From Candidatus Woesearchaeota archaeon (lineage in GTDB: Archaea; Nanobdellota; Nanobdellia; SCGC-AAA011-G17; JACPNG01), in the NCBI GenBank assembly GCA_964455655.1, contig CAYVWZ010000003.1, positions 804 to 64,803 of the forward strand: DNA of 64,000 bases, written 5' to 3'. This document shows, in pieces, positions 1-8,902 of this stretch (position 1 is its first letter; every line of letters starts with the position of its first letter). The notes beneath the pieces are model-generated. The model was not told the DNA's origin, made no database searches, and saw only the letters and a list, made by a program, of their open reading frames with translations. The translations under genes were made by a program, and so were the position numbers.

Positions 1-156
1 TTCTAAGTGGGGGAATTTTTTCTTGAATTCTTGGATGCTTATTTTTAGGGTGTTTACTCGTACAGAGCTTCGTAAGTATTCTTGATTAATGTTCATAAAT
101 TCTTCAAAGTTTGTTAGTTTTGAGTAGCGTTCAATAAATTCTTTCTTTGCTTCCAT
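1..156 (-). CDS. NOL1/NOP2/Sun (RsmB-like) RNA m5C methyltransferase, N-terminal fragment running off the window
   Basis: Manual minus-strand translation from ATG at 154-156 gives MEAKKEFIERYSKLTNFEEFMNINQEYLRSSVRVNTLKISIQEFKKKFPHLE. The F-x-x-R-Y ... R-V-N-T-L-K pattern is typical of this family's N-terminus (recalled, not searched). Confidence 0.45.
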   Translation of the reverse strand, partial: MEAKKEFIERYSKLTNFEEFMNINQEYLRSSVRVNTLKISIQEFKKKFPHLE

Positions 157-228
157 CTAAACTCAAGGATAATATCTGTTTATATGCCTTAGGGCTAGCT
201 TTTTATACAAGAAATAATTCGTAAAATT

Positions 229-1140
229 GTGGAAATTATTTCATTAATCCTCATTGTTATTGGATTGTGTTTGTTTGAAATTGTGAGTAGTATTGATAAT
301 GCGGTTATTAATGCTGAAGTTCTTGGTACGATGTCTGAGAGGGCAAGGAGATGGTTCTTGTTCTATGGTATTATTATTGCTGTATTTCTTGTTCGAGGGT
401 TATTGCCTTGGTTGATAGTGTATGCTACTGCTCCCCAGTTAGGTTTTCTTGGTTCTCTTACGGCAACATTTAGTGGTGATCCTAGTGTTCATGCAGTGAT
501 TGAAGAAGCTTCTCATATTTTGTTGATGGGTGGTGGTATTTTCTTGGTGTTCTTGTTCTTTCATTGGTTATTTATGGAGCAAAAGAGTTTTGGATTGCAT
601 CATGAGAAATTTTTCCATCGTCATGGTGTGTGGTTCTATGCTACTGTTTCTGTTCTTCTCTGTGTTATTACATGGTTTGCATTACAGGTTGATCCTTTCA
701 TGTCGTTTGCTGCGCTTGTAGGTTCTACTGCATTCTTTATTGTTCATGGTTTTAGGCAAAATGCGGAAGAGTTTGAGCAACGATTAATGACGAATAAGAA
801 AGGGTACAGTGATATGAGTAAAATTATGTATTTAGAGGTTATTGATGCAACATTTAGTATTGATGGAGTATTAGGAGCTTTTGCATTTACATTCATTCTT
901 CCATTGATTCTCTTAGGTAATGGTTTAGGAGCTGTTGTTGTAAGACAGTTAACTATTGGTAATATTGAGCGTGTTAAAAAATATAAGTATCTTAAGAATG
1001 GTGCAATGTATTCTATCTTGTTCTTAGGTTCCTTTATGATTGCGGATAGTTTTGGTATGCATATTCCTGCATGGGTATCTCCAATTGTGACTATAGTAGT
1101 TCTTGCATTCTTCTTTTGGAAGTCTAAGAGAGAACTATAA
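229..1140 (+). CDS. DUF475/TerC-like integral membrane protein
   Basis: 303-aa multi-TM ORF with GTG start. SIDNAVINAEVL near the N-terminus and FSIDGVLGAFAFT later resemble the paired S-x-D-[NG] motifs of DUF475/TerC membrane proteins. A TTTATACAA TATA-like box lies about 25 nt upstream. Confidence 0.6.
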   Translation: MEIISLILIVIGLCLFEIVSSIDNAVINAEVLGTMSERARRWFLFYGIIIAVFLVRGLLPWLIVYATAPQLGFLGSLTATFSGDPSVHAVIEEASHILLMGGGIFLVFLFFHWLFMEQKSFGLHHEKFFHRHGVWFYATVSVLLCVITWFALQVDPFMSFAALVGSTAFFIVHGFRQNAEEFEQRLMTNKKGYSDMSKIMYLEVIDATFSIDGVLGAFAFTFILPLILLGNGLGAVVVRQLTIGNIERVKKYKYLKNGAMYSILFLGSFMIADSFGMHIPAWVSPIVTIVVLAFFFWKSKREL

Positions 1141-1196
1141 TCATTTAGAAGTGACGTGAGTAGGTTTTTATACTGGTTCTTGAGGTTCGATTTGTT

Positions 1197-2153
1197 ATGC
1201 AGCCAATTTTGAAAAAGGGTTTTATTATGTATAAAAAAGCTCCTGAGTCTCTTGTTATTGCATGTCCTCATTCAGGTCTTAGTTTCAAAGGTGTTTCGAA
1301 TCGTGATGAATTTACGGAGACTGTTGCAGGTTTTGTATGGAATAAGTTAGGCGGTAATCTAGTAGTGAGTACTATTCCTCGTTCTCGTGCATGGGGTGTT
1401 GATTTTAATCGCAGTATTCCTCCTCGTAAGGAGGCTCTTGCCTTTCATAAGACGGTAAAGGCAGATAGGGAAACAGGTGCTGTCATTGAATTTATGAAGA
1501 AGTATGGATGGACCGCTGAGAATGATGAGGATTATGATCAGCGTTTACAGTGTTACCAATCTTTTTGGGGAGAAGTAAGCGCGGGTAAGGATATTTTATT
1601 GATTCATCGTCAGCATACAAGATTAAAGAATGTTCCAAGTTTAATGGATGTGACAACGTTTGGTTCTGTGAAGAAATCAACGGTTGATAATGCAGTAAGG
1701 AAAGTAAATAAGAAGTTCGCGAAGTTTTTGTTAGAAACACAGTATGATTATCGTCGTATGCTTGCTGCTGAATCAAAGCGTCGTTTATTGATGTATCTTA
1801 AAACGTATAATACGGTTAATCCTGAAAAGATTGGTAAGTATAAACGATTCTTTGAGCAAGACTTAAATGTTGCAAAGAAGTATGCTGATAAGATTGCTTT
1901 GAATCGTTTGAAATTAAATTTTACTGCTGAGACTGTTTTTGAGACGATGGAGAATGCATTACATCATCTTCCTCCTCCTGCGGTTACTCATGAGCATTAT
2001 AAGTATGAATCGTCTCATGGTCCTGTAAGAAAATTATTTCCTAAGGATGGAAGAAGGGTTATTCAGATTGAGTGTAGTTCTTTTTTATTATATTGGCATC
2101 CGGTTATTGCTTCGGAAATGATTGCAAAACTCTATCAATTAATAATGAATTAA
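1197..2153 (+). CDS. hypothetical protein, possible N-formylglutamate amidohydrolase-fold hydrolase
   Basis: 318-aa ORF. IACPHSGL and VDFNRS resemble the PH-x-G and D-x-N-R motifs of the FGase family. The assignment is weak. Confidence 0.5.
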   Translation: MQPILKKGFIMYKKAPESLVIACPHSGLSFKGVSNRDEFTETVAGFVWNKLGGNLVVSTIPRSRAWGVDFNRSIPPRKEALAFHKTVKADRETGAVIEFMKKYGWTAENDEDYDQRLQCYQSFWGEVSAGKDILLIHRQHTRLKNVPSLMDVTTFGSVKKSTVDNAVRKVNKKFAKFLLETQYDYRRMLAAESKRRLLMYLKTYNTVNPEKIGKYKRFFEQDLNVAKKYADKIALNRLKLNFTAETVFETMENALHHLPPPAVTHEHYKYESSHGPVRKLFPKDGRRVIQIECSSFLLYWHPVIASEMIAKLYQLIMN

Positions 2154-4249
2154 TTGTTCTTAATAATGATTGCAGTGTGTCTTGGCACAGTGATTTTTCC
2201 GTTAGTGAGTGCTACAGGTGTCCATGATAATGACATGGTGTCTCCATGGAATCCTCCACCGTTTAAGACAAGTTTTGAGTAGGTGCATGTTGAGCAGCTG
2301 ACAGTGTAGTCTCTTGATACTGGTCCTTCTTGGTTTCCATTTGAGTCCATTCCGTCTGCATTGAATACGACAATTCCTTTCTCATAGTCTCTGGTGACGA
2401 GTCCTGTTGTTGCGTTGTCAACATATTTTCCTTTTGGAGCTCCAAGATCTAAATAGTATTCAGGTAATTCTGGTGCGTGACTTGGATAGCTTCCTGAAGT
2501 GTCTAATGCAACAGGTGACCAGTAAGCATTTTGATTAGCGTAGAGGAGATATGCTGCGAGTGAGTAGATTCTTGCTTCAGTGTTTGTTGCTTTGTCAATA
2601 TAGTCCATTTGAACAAAGTTTCTTGATTGACTATTTTGTAGTCCGATTCCGTTTACAATGCTATAAGAGTCATTAATTGCTCTCATTAATCTGTAACGTG
2701 GCCAGTATTTGCTTACCCCATATTTGAATGCAAAGTTTTCTCTGAGGAGTCCGTTTCCTCCAGCGTCGAGTAATTGAAGACCTCTATTGTCTCCTGCAGC
2801 ATCATCATTAGTATAACCATTGAGTAAGATGTACTTGCTTGGAAGTGAGGTTCTCATTCCGTTTACTGCTTGTACTGCTCCGTTATACCATTGTGTTGAG
2901 AGCCCATCTCCATAAATGTCATAGTAGAGAGGATCGTATGATCCATTAGGGAGGAGTATTCCTATATATCCCGATTGAGGTATTTGTGCATTGTCTAAGA
3001 ATATTCCATTAACGTAGGAGTTGTTTGCCATTTCTGCTTGGTTTGCATTTCGTACCATTGCAGTTACCCATTGGGTTCTCTTTGTTGTGTTAATAATGTC
3101 AATAAAGCACCATCCGTTATTTCCTGTTGGGGGTGGATTGCTTGCTTTTCCTAAAACTTTGCTACTCGTTCCAGTTTTGTACCAGAAGAGGTTGTTTTGT
3201 GCAGCATCTTGCATAAGAGTATATTCTAAAGTTCCTGAGCTTGGACAATTGTTTGTTCCGTCTGCATTAATTCTACAACATTGTGATGTTGCATTGAGTC
3301 CTTTTACTCCTGCAAATTTAATGTATCGTAAGACTTTGATGTTTGGATTGACTGATTTTATTTGTTGAATATCGCTTAATGTTGCTCCTGTATTAATCAT
3401 AGTGAATGTTGTTGCAACATAATTGTAATCTTTTACGGCGGTGGTGTGATGTTTGAATCCTTCTCCTTGGTAGTAGAGACGCATGGTTGTATAATTAACA
3501 GGTGCTGGTGTCTCTGGGCAGTCTTGTGGGCATGTTATTGAAGTTTCTGCACCATTACAAGTTCCATCTGGGCATGCTGGTGGGATAACTGTAGTACAAG
3601 CTGCTTTGTTGTAAGTACATGATGATGAACAACTTAGAGTTCCTCCAGTATATCCTAGACTTTGACAAGTTGCTCCTGCTAAATCGGTGCCGTCGCATTC
3701 TTCGCCAGTTTCTTTAAGAGTATTTCCACAAACGGGGCATCCATCATTTGCAATGCCGTCGCAGTCATTGTCTATAGTGTCTGAGCATGATTCTGTTACT
3801 CCGGGATTTATTGCTGCATTTGCATCATTGCAGTCTGGTCCGTTTGCGCAGTTTTGTCCGTATCCATCTCTATCATTGTCAATACATGCTGGTGCTGCAT
3901 TACATGTTGGGGTGGTAGAATTACATCCATATTGGCAGGTGGTAGTTGTTGTTTTAACAAATGTTTTGAACATGACATCCCAAATATTTCCTGTTGATTT
4001 TCCGCAAGTATAGGTGGTGAGAGAACTTCCACTGCAAGTGTTTAAGTATGGGCCAGCAGCTGTAGCACCTGCGCTATCTACAACTTTTACCCCATTAGTA
4101 ATTGACACGCAAGTAAGTGTTTTCCACCATGTTGCATTTCCTGTTGTCTTTCCAGGAATGTTTAATGAAAGAACAAGGATAAGTAATAATAAGAGAACGA
4201 GAGGGATCAGAATAATATAGTTTTCTCTTCCACCCTCTTTCTTATGCAT
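2150..4249 (-). CDS. secreted Cys-rich protein with calcium-binding-like DxDxDG repeats and a C-terminal glycoside-hydrolase-like domain
   Basis: 699-aa ORF with an N-terminal signal/anchor (IILIPLVLLLLLILVL). Cys-rich modules include CIDNDRDGYG and DTIDNDCDG, followed by CPDGTCNGAETSITCPQDC. The long C-terminal domain (LRYIKFAG...WCFIDI...NGIFLDN) resembles GHL-type TIM-barrel hydrolases; function call is weak. Confidence 0.6.
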   Translation of the reverse strand: MHKKEGGRENYIILIPLVLLLLLILVLSLNIPGKTTGNATWWKTLTCVSITNGVKVVDSAGATAAGPYLNTCSGSSLTTYTCGKSTGNIWDVMFKTFVKTTTTTCQYGCNSTTPTCNAAPACIDNDRDGYGQNCANGPDCNDANAAINPGVTESCSDTIDNDCDGIANDGCPVCGNTLKETGEECDGTDLAGATCQSLGYTGGTLSCSSSCTYNKAACTTVIPPACPDGTCNGAETSITCPQDCPETPAPVNYTTMRLYYQGEGFKHHTTAVKDYNYVATTFTMINTGATLSDIQQIKSVNPNIKVLRYIKFAGVKGLNATSQCCRINADGTNNCPSSGTLEYTLMQDAAQNNLFWYKTGTSSKVLGKASNPPPTGNNGWCFIDIINTTKRTQWVTAMVRNANQAEMANNSYVNGIFLDNAQIPQSGYIGILLPNGSYDPLYYDIYGDGLSTQWYNGAVQAVNGMRTSLPSKYILLNGYTNDDAAGDNRGLQLLDAGGNGLLRENFAFKYGVSKYWPRYRLMRAINDSYSIVNGIGLQNSQSRNFVQMDYIDKATNTEARIYSLAAYLLYANQNAYWSPVALDTSGSYPSHAPELPEYYLDLGAPKGKYVDNATTGLVTRDYEKGIVVFNADGMDSNGNQEGPVSRDYTVSCSTCTYSKLVLNGGGFHGDTMSLSWTPVALTNGKITVPRHTAIIIKNN

Positions 4250-4353
4250 ATGTTTCTTGTAACGTTCCTATAAATAAAGGTTTCTAAAAATCTCCGTAAT
4301 TCTTATATAGGTTTTTATCTTAATGGAGAGTAGTTTATAGGAGGTATTCTAAG

Positions 4354-4872
4354 ATGGTAAAAGTTGGAGAAAAAGCTCCGGATTTTAATCTTGAAGCATA
4401 TCATGCAGGAAAAGTAAGGAAGTTTTCTTTGCGAGACTTTAAAGGAAAATGGGTTGTATTGTTTTTCTATCCTCGTGATTTTACTTTTGTATGTCCTACG
4501 GAAATTCGTGGGTTTGCAAAGCGTGAAGCTGAGTTTATGAAAGCAAATGCAGCAATTGTGGGCGCAAGCACAGATTCTGTCCATTCTCATAGAGCATGGT
4601 TTGAACGTGATATGAAGGAAGTTAAATTCCCTATTCTTGCAGATACTGCTCATCACTTAAGTCGTGATTATGGTGTCTTAATAGAAAATTCTGGTGAGGC
4701 TCTTCGTGGAACGTTCATTATTGACCCTGATGGAATTTTACAATACATGGTAATTTCCAATCTAAATGTTGGTCGAAGTGTTGAAGAGACGTATCGTGTT
4801 TTGAAAGCATGTCAAACTGGAGGATTATGCCCTATTGAGTGGCATCCTGGAGAAAAACCTTTGAAGGTGTAA
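4354..4872 (+). CDS. peroxiredoxin (AhpC/TSA family)
   Basis: 172 aa with the FTFVCPTE peroxidatic-Cys motif. An AGGAGGT SD lies about 8 nt upstream of the ATG. Confidence 0.9.
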   Translation: MVKVGEKAPDFNLEAYHAGKVRKFSLRDFKGKWVVLFFYPRDFTFVCPTEIRGFAKREAEFMKANAAIVGASTDSVHSHRAWFERDMKEVKFPILADTAHHLSRDYGVLIENSGEALRGTFIIDPDGILQYMVISNLNVGRSVEETYRVLKACQTGGLCPIEWHPGEKPLKV

Positions 4873-4891
4873 TCCTTCTTCTTTCTTTTTT

Positions 4892-5035
4892 TTATAATGA
4901 TGTTAACACTAAAAATACGCCTGCAAAGATAAGATAGAGTCCTACCGTATAGCGTAAGAATTTTGGAAAGACTAACACTAATACTCCGAAAATGAAACTT
5001 ACGAGTCCTGCTATGAGTGTTCCGGTTATTGCCAT
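4892..5035 (-). CDS. small two-TM membrane protein
   Basis: The track ORF 4892..5293 overlaps the well-supported 5087..5722 gene. The internal Met at 5035 gives a 47-aa hydrophobic protein, MAITGTLIAGLVSFIFGVLVLVFPKFLRYTVGLYLIFAGVFLVLTSL. Confidence 0.4.
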   Translation of the reverse strand: MAITGTLIAGLVSFIFGVLVLVFPKFLRYTVGLYLIFAGVFLVLTSL

Positions 5036-5086
5036 ACGCACCCTATACAGTACATATTTATAATATTTATTCTTCTTAAGGAGTAT

Positions 5087-5722
5087 ATGAAAATTATTTT
5101 TGTTAGGCATGGTGAGTCCGAAGTTAATGCTATGAATATTGTTCAAGGTCATGGTGAAAGCCCTCTCTCTCAGCGTGGAAGATTGCAAGCAAAAAAAGTT
5201 GCTGAACGTTTGGAGCATGAAAGAATTGATTATATTTATGCAAGTGATATTGGAAGAGCTGAAGAAACTGCAGAGATAATTGCTGAATTCCATCCTAATG
5301 TTCCGTTCTTGGTTTCAGAAATTTTTCGTGAAAGAGCATTAGGGGTTCTAGATGGTAGAAAAATACAAGAGATTATGGTTAATCCTGAGTTAGCTCATCT
5401 CTACAAGCATGGTGGAGAAGAAGGAGTTGAGTCTCGTGCAGATGTAAGAATACGTGCTGAGAAGGTCTTAAAAGAATTAATCATGAAACATCCAGAAGAA
5501 ACTATTCTTATTGTGTCTCATGGAAGTTTTGGAAGAGCTTTTCTCGCCGCAATAACAAATGATTCATATGAAGAGAGTTTAGCTTGGAATGCATTAAAGA
5601 ATACGAGTGTAAGTATAATGAATGTAGAACCTAATTCTCTTCAGCATATGATAGAATTGCGCAATTGTGTTAAACATCTTGAGGATTCTCATATAGAATC
5701 GTTAGAAGATAAGAATTTTTAG
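5087..5722 (+). CDS. histidine phosphatase family protein (phosphoglycerate mutase-like)
   Basis: The N-terminal FVRHGES catalytic motif and the later SHG motif are typical of the cofactor-dependent PGM/histidine phosphatase superfamily. Confidence 0.8.
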   Translation: MKIIFVRHGESEVNAMNIVQGHGESPLSQRGRLQAKKVAERLEHERIDYIYASDIGRAEETAEIIAEFHPNVPFLVSEIFRERALGVLDGRKIQEIMVNPELAHLYKHGGEEGVESRADVRIRAEKVLKELIMKHPEETILIVSHGSFGRAFLAAITNDSYEESLAWNALKNTSVSIMNVEPNSLQHMIELRNCVKHLEDSHIESLEDKNF

Positions 5723-5782
5723 AAAAGACGATAAGATTAAAAAGAGATTTAAACAAAAGGATCTTTCTCTTTAGGAAAGAGT

Positions 5783-6700
5783 GTGATAGAAGTGAGAAAG
5801 CCGTTCGTTGAGATCAATCAATTTTTGGAAAAAATTCAGGAGACTGAACTTTTCCGCCATGTTAAAACCCCTCGTATTGTAAAGTTTCTTGATAGTATTA
5901 GTTTTCTTGAATTATTTCTCTTATGGATTGGTATTCTTATTATGTTTGGTATGTTCTATCATGCGTTCTCTGGTGAGGGAGGATATTTGTATGACACTAT
6001 TGATAATTTGAAAGTAACTACTCTCTCTAATGCTATCTATTTTAGTTTTGTTACAGCTACAACAACGGGGTTTGGAGATATTACGCCTCATGGATTTTAT
6101 AGGGTTATATCAATTCTAGAAGCTGCGCTTGGTTTTATTCTCCTAGCTATTGTTACCTCTAAATTAATTTCATTAAAACAGAACGTTATTCTTGATGAGA
6201 TGTATGAATTATCTTTTACAGAAAAGATTAATAGATTGCGTTCTTCATTATTGTTATTTCGTCAAAATATTAGTAGATTATCAAGTAAGCTTGAAGAAAA
6301 AACTCTTCGTAAGAATGAAGTTCGTGAAGCATATGTATTTATTTCTTCTTTTGAGGATATTCTTCGTGAAATTCTTATTTTGCTTGATCGTCCTATAGAC
6401 ACAGAGTTTATTAAAAATCTTGATCCGGTAAGTACAGAGCTTATTTTTTCTAGTGTTGTGCATTCTTTTGAGAAATTAAATGAGTTTTTCAAATCTCTTG
6501 ATGAAAATGGGTTTGAATGGAAGCGTGATATTACTTTAGAGTTTATTCAGAAATGTATTGTATTAGATGATAAATTATTTGCAAGGTTAGAAAAGACAAG
6601 TGTTCTTGATAAGACTATTGCAGAATTAACGGTTCGTAATAGTAAGGCTATAACAGATCTTCGTGGATTAATGGAAGAGAAGAAAGAAGCTAAAGAGTAG
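5783..6700 (+). CDS. two-TM potassium channel with cytosolic helical C-terminal domain
   Basis: The selectivity-filter signature TATTTGFGDITP is flanked by two TM helices. Confidence 0.8.
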   Translation: MIEVRKPFVEINQFLEKIQETELFRHVKTPRIVKFLDSISFLELFLLWIGILIMFGMFYHAFSGEGGYLYDTIDNLKVTTLSNAIYFSFVTATTTGFGDITPHGFYRVISILEAALGFILLAIVTSKLISLKQNVILDEMYELSFTEKINRLRSSLLLFRQNISRLSSKLEEKTLRKNEVREAYVFISSFEDILREILILLDRPIDTEFIKNLDPVSTELIFSSVVHSFEKLNEFFKSLDENGFEWKRDITLEFIQKCIVLDDKLFARLEKTSVLDKTIAELTVRNSKAITDLRGLMEEKKEAKE

Positions 6701-6704
6701 GAAA

Positions 6705-6805
6705 TGCGCCGACCGGGAATCGAATTTCCGAATGCCAGTGAGACTGGGCATTTCCCGGATCACAGCCTTGGCAAGGCCGTATTCTAACCGTTTAACTATC
6801 GGCGC
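6705..6805 (-). tRNA. tRNA-Gly(GCC) with a roughly 29-nt insert in the T-arm (non-canonical intron)
   Basis: The reverse complement folds by hand. Acceptor is GCGCCGA/TCGGCGC with discriminator A. Anticodon stem is CGGCC/GGCTG with loop TTGCCAA. The T-stem halves CCGGG and CCCGG flank AAATGCCCAGTCTCACTGGCATTCGGAAA plus T-loop TTCGATT. Total length is 101 nt versus about 72 expected. Confidence 0.7.
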
Positions 6806-6842
6806 ATTTAGTCTTAGAAGGCTTGAGTGTATTTTAAAAGGC

Positions 6843-7955
6843 TTATGGTGCAAAGGTTACGCGTCGTATCATGAATTTGCTATTGCTATCGTTGTATGTC
6901 GCTTCTATTCTAAAGGTGTGGTATAAAACATCAATAATAGGGTTGTATTTGCTAATTTCTTTCCCTCCGAGTTTTGCAAGAGCTTTTAGGGTGTGGTCTA
7001 GTTCTTCAAAAGAGTTGTAGAGTATATTAGTGCTCATCGTTACTCCGTTAAAAGTAATGGTTATAGGTTTTCCAACGCCTTGGCATGCAATCATGCTAAT
7101 GTGTGCATCATGAAGTAAAGGATCTATTTTTCCTGTATAGAGATAATCTCTCCATAAGTAGTATTTGATGTTTTCATATTCTTGTATGGTAAACTCTCTA
7201 TTGTTGGTGGTATATACTTTTTGAATAGTTTCTTTGAGTTCATGATCATTTCTTAAGATGTTCGTGTCTTTTGTTATTTTTTTATTAAGTGAGTTTAGGA
7301 CTTGTTGATAGAGTGGTTCTGAAAGTGATGGTTCAATGAGAGTGTAGAATGGTTTTTGTGTTTGAGGGTGTGGTTCTATGCGTGCGTAGGCAAGTGTTTT
7401 GATTCCTGCATTGATAAGAGGATGACTTGCAATGTTTACTTCTGAGGGTATGGGGATAGTGTTGTGTGGTGGTGCGGGAACTTCTAATGGTGGGAGTTCT
7501 GGTGTTTTTATTTCAACAGGTTTTGCTTCAATCTTTGGTGCTGGTGTTTCTTCTTTCTTTATTTCAGGTTTTAATTCTGGAAGTTGTTGAGGAGCTGCTG
7601 GAGCGAAATGGGGTAAGATGATTTCTTCTTTCTTAGGTTGTGCTAAGGGTTGTTGTATAGTTCTTGGTTGTTCAACAATTTTTGGTTTTTGAATTTCTTG
7701 AGGGATTATTTTTGGCAGGGGTAAAGGTCTTACTCTAACGTGGGGATCAGAAGTTGGATGCTGTATTCTCATTGCTTGCATTCTGATTTGATGTTCTTTT
7801 CGATCACCTGCTGATTTGATGAGTGCAAACGTGAATCGTTTTGCAAATTTTGTTCTTTCGTCTATGACAGGTTCATCTAAGATGTGAAGAATTTGTTGAT
7901 ATGCTTCCATCCGTTCTCTTTCGTACTGATCGCGGAGAAACTTAATGTCCTCCAT
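6843..7955 (-). CDS. FlaI/ArlI/PilB-like N-terminal-domain-only protein with a Pro-rich linker and no ATPase core
   Basis: The C-terminal ~170 aa (FYTLIEPSLSE...YYLWRDYLYTGKIDPLLHDAHISMIACQG...TNILYNSFEELDHTLKALAKLGGKEISKYNPIIDVLYHTFRIEATY...KFMIRRV) follow the pattern of the type IV pilus/archaellum ATPase N-terminal domain up to the F-T-I-R-K-F element. The ORF stops there and no Walker A follows. Confidence 0.65.
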   Translation of the reverse strand: MEDIKFLRDQYERERMEAYQQILHILDEPVIDERTKFAKRFTFALIKSAGDRKEHQIRMQAMRIQHPTSDPHVRVRPLPLPKIIPQEIQKPKIVEQPRTIQQPLAQPKKEEIILPHFAPAAPQQLPELKPEIKKEETPAPKIEAKPVEIKTPELPPLEVPAPPHNTIPIPSEVNIASHPLINAGIKTLAYARIEPHPQTQKPFYTLIEPSLSEPLYQQVLNSLNKKITKDTNILRNDHELKETIQKVYTTNNREFTIQEYENIKYYLWRDYLYTGKIDPLLHDAHISMIACQGVGKPITITFNGVTMSTNILYNSFEELDHTLKALAKLGGKEISKYNPIIDVLYHTFRIEATYNDSNSKFMIRRVTFAP

Positions 7956-7958
7956 GGT

Positions 7959-8276
7959 TTAGAACTCCGATCGTGGAAGAGGTTTCGGTGGGAACATGTC
8001 TTCAGTGTTATTTCTTTCTCGAACATATCGTTCTAAGAGGATAAGTCCTCGTGCAATGTTTTTGTTTTGTTCTAAGAGACCATCTAGTTTTCGTAATAAT
8101 GGTTCGTCTGTTCCTGATTGGATATTTTTAGCTGCATTTTCGAAAAGGTCAACCATTGTTTCCATGTTTTTGGTTAATTTTCCTACTTCTCGAATTAAAT
8201 CGGCTGTTTTGTTTTGGAGTGCGATATTATTTTCTACAAGTTTTTGTATAAGTTCTGCATTAGAAGTTCTTGGCAT
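7959..8276 (-). CDS. hypothetical coiled-coil protein
   Basis: 105-aa ORF, helical/heptad-like, 3 nt upstream of the FlaI-NTD gene on the same strand. Confidence 0.55.
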   Translation of the reverse strand: MPRTSNAELIQKLVENNIALQNKTADLIREVGKLTKNMETMVDLFENAAKNIQSGTDEPLLRKLDGLLEQNKNIARGLILLERYVRERNNTEDMFPPKPLPRSEF

Positions 8277-8324
8277 TCATACACCTCTTTTCTAATAGTC
8301 ATAGTCTAGAATATAAAAAGGTTT

Positions 8325-8861
8325 CTAAAGAAACTGATAGTAATAGTAGCCTAATAATCCACCAGCGACTAAAATGATAAGGAGGAGTATTATTTGTACA
8401 ACAACAAAGAAGTTTGCAGTCTTAGGTGATGGTCCTGATGTTGGTTGTTGTGATGGTGGGAAGTGCGGATATTTTGTGGGTATGGGTGCTTGTAATTCTT
8501 GGGGTGGTTGTTTGTTGAGAAGTTCAGCATTAGGTTTTTGTGATAACCAATAACTATCATGTGCTTCTTCTAATGTTAAGTGATGTAAGTGTTCAGAGAA
8601 GTCTTCATAGAATTGATTATCAGGTCTTTCTTGACTTATGGGTGTGTAGAAGGTCTGATCTGAAGAATAGTATTTGTCTTCTTCTGGTAGGTCATAGAGT
8701 GAATTGAGATTTTGTGGTGTATAATATCCTGATTCAACAAATGCTTGTTCAACTATTTTTGGATCATATCCTCTACTAAGAATATATCCATGAATATCTT
8801 CGAGAGAATATCCTCTTTGTACACACTCTTTTATGTAATCAACTAGATGTGATGACTCCAT
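8325..8861 (-). CDS. tail-anchored membrane protein with N-terminal YIK..G(Y/W)...I..A helical module
   Basis: 178 aa with a C-terminal TM (FFVVVQIILLLIILVAGGLLGYYYY). The N-terminal LVDYIKECVQRGYSLEDIHGYILSRGYDPKIVEQAF matches modules in ORF 30598..31938. Confidence 0.6.
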   Translation of the reverse strand: MESSHLVDYIKECVQRGYSLEDIHGYILSRGYDPKIVEQAFVESGYYTPQNLNSLYDLPEEDKYYSSDQTFYTPISQERPDNQFYEDFSEHLHHLTLEEAHDSYWLSQKPNAELLNKQPPQELQAPIPTKYPHFPPSQQPTSGPSPKTANFFVVVQIILLLIILVAGGLLGYYYYQFL

Positions 8862-8902
8862 TATGCATTAATTTCTTAATAGAGGTATAAATAGTTAACT
8901 AT

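Noticed and set aside
4892-5293. Full-length 133-aa version of the minus-strand ORF
   Set aside because: Its 5' two-thirds overlap the histidine phosphatase gene in antisense. Only the last 47 hydrophobic residues (4892..5035) are plausible.
6668-6926. ORFs 6668..6853 (-) and 6732..6926 (+)
   Set aside because: They run through the tRNA-Gly(GCC) gene and the 3' end of the FlaI-NTD gene, so they are not independent coding regions.
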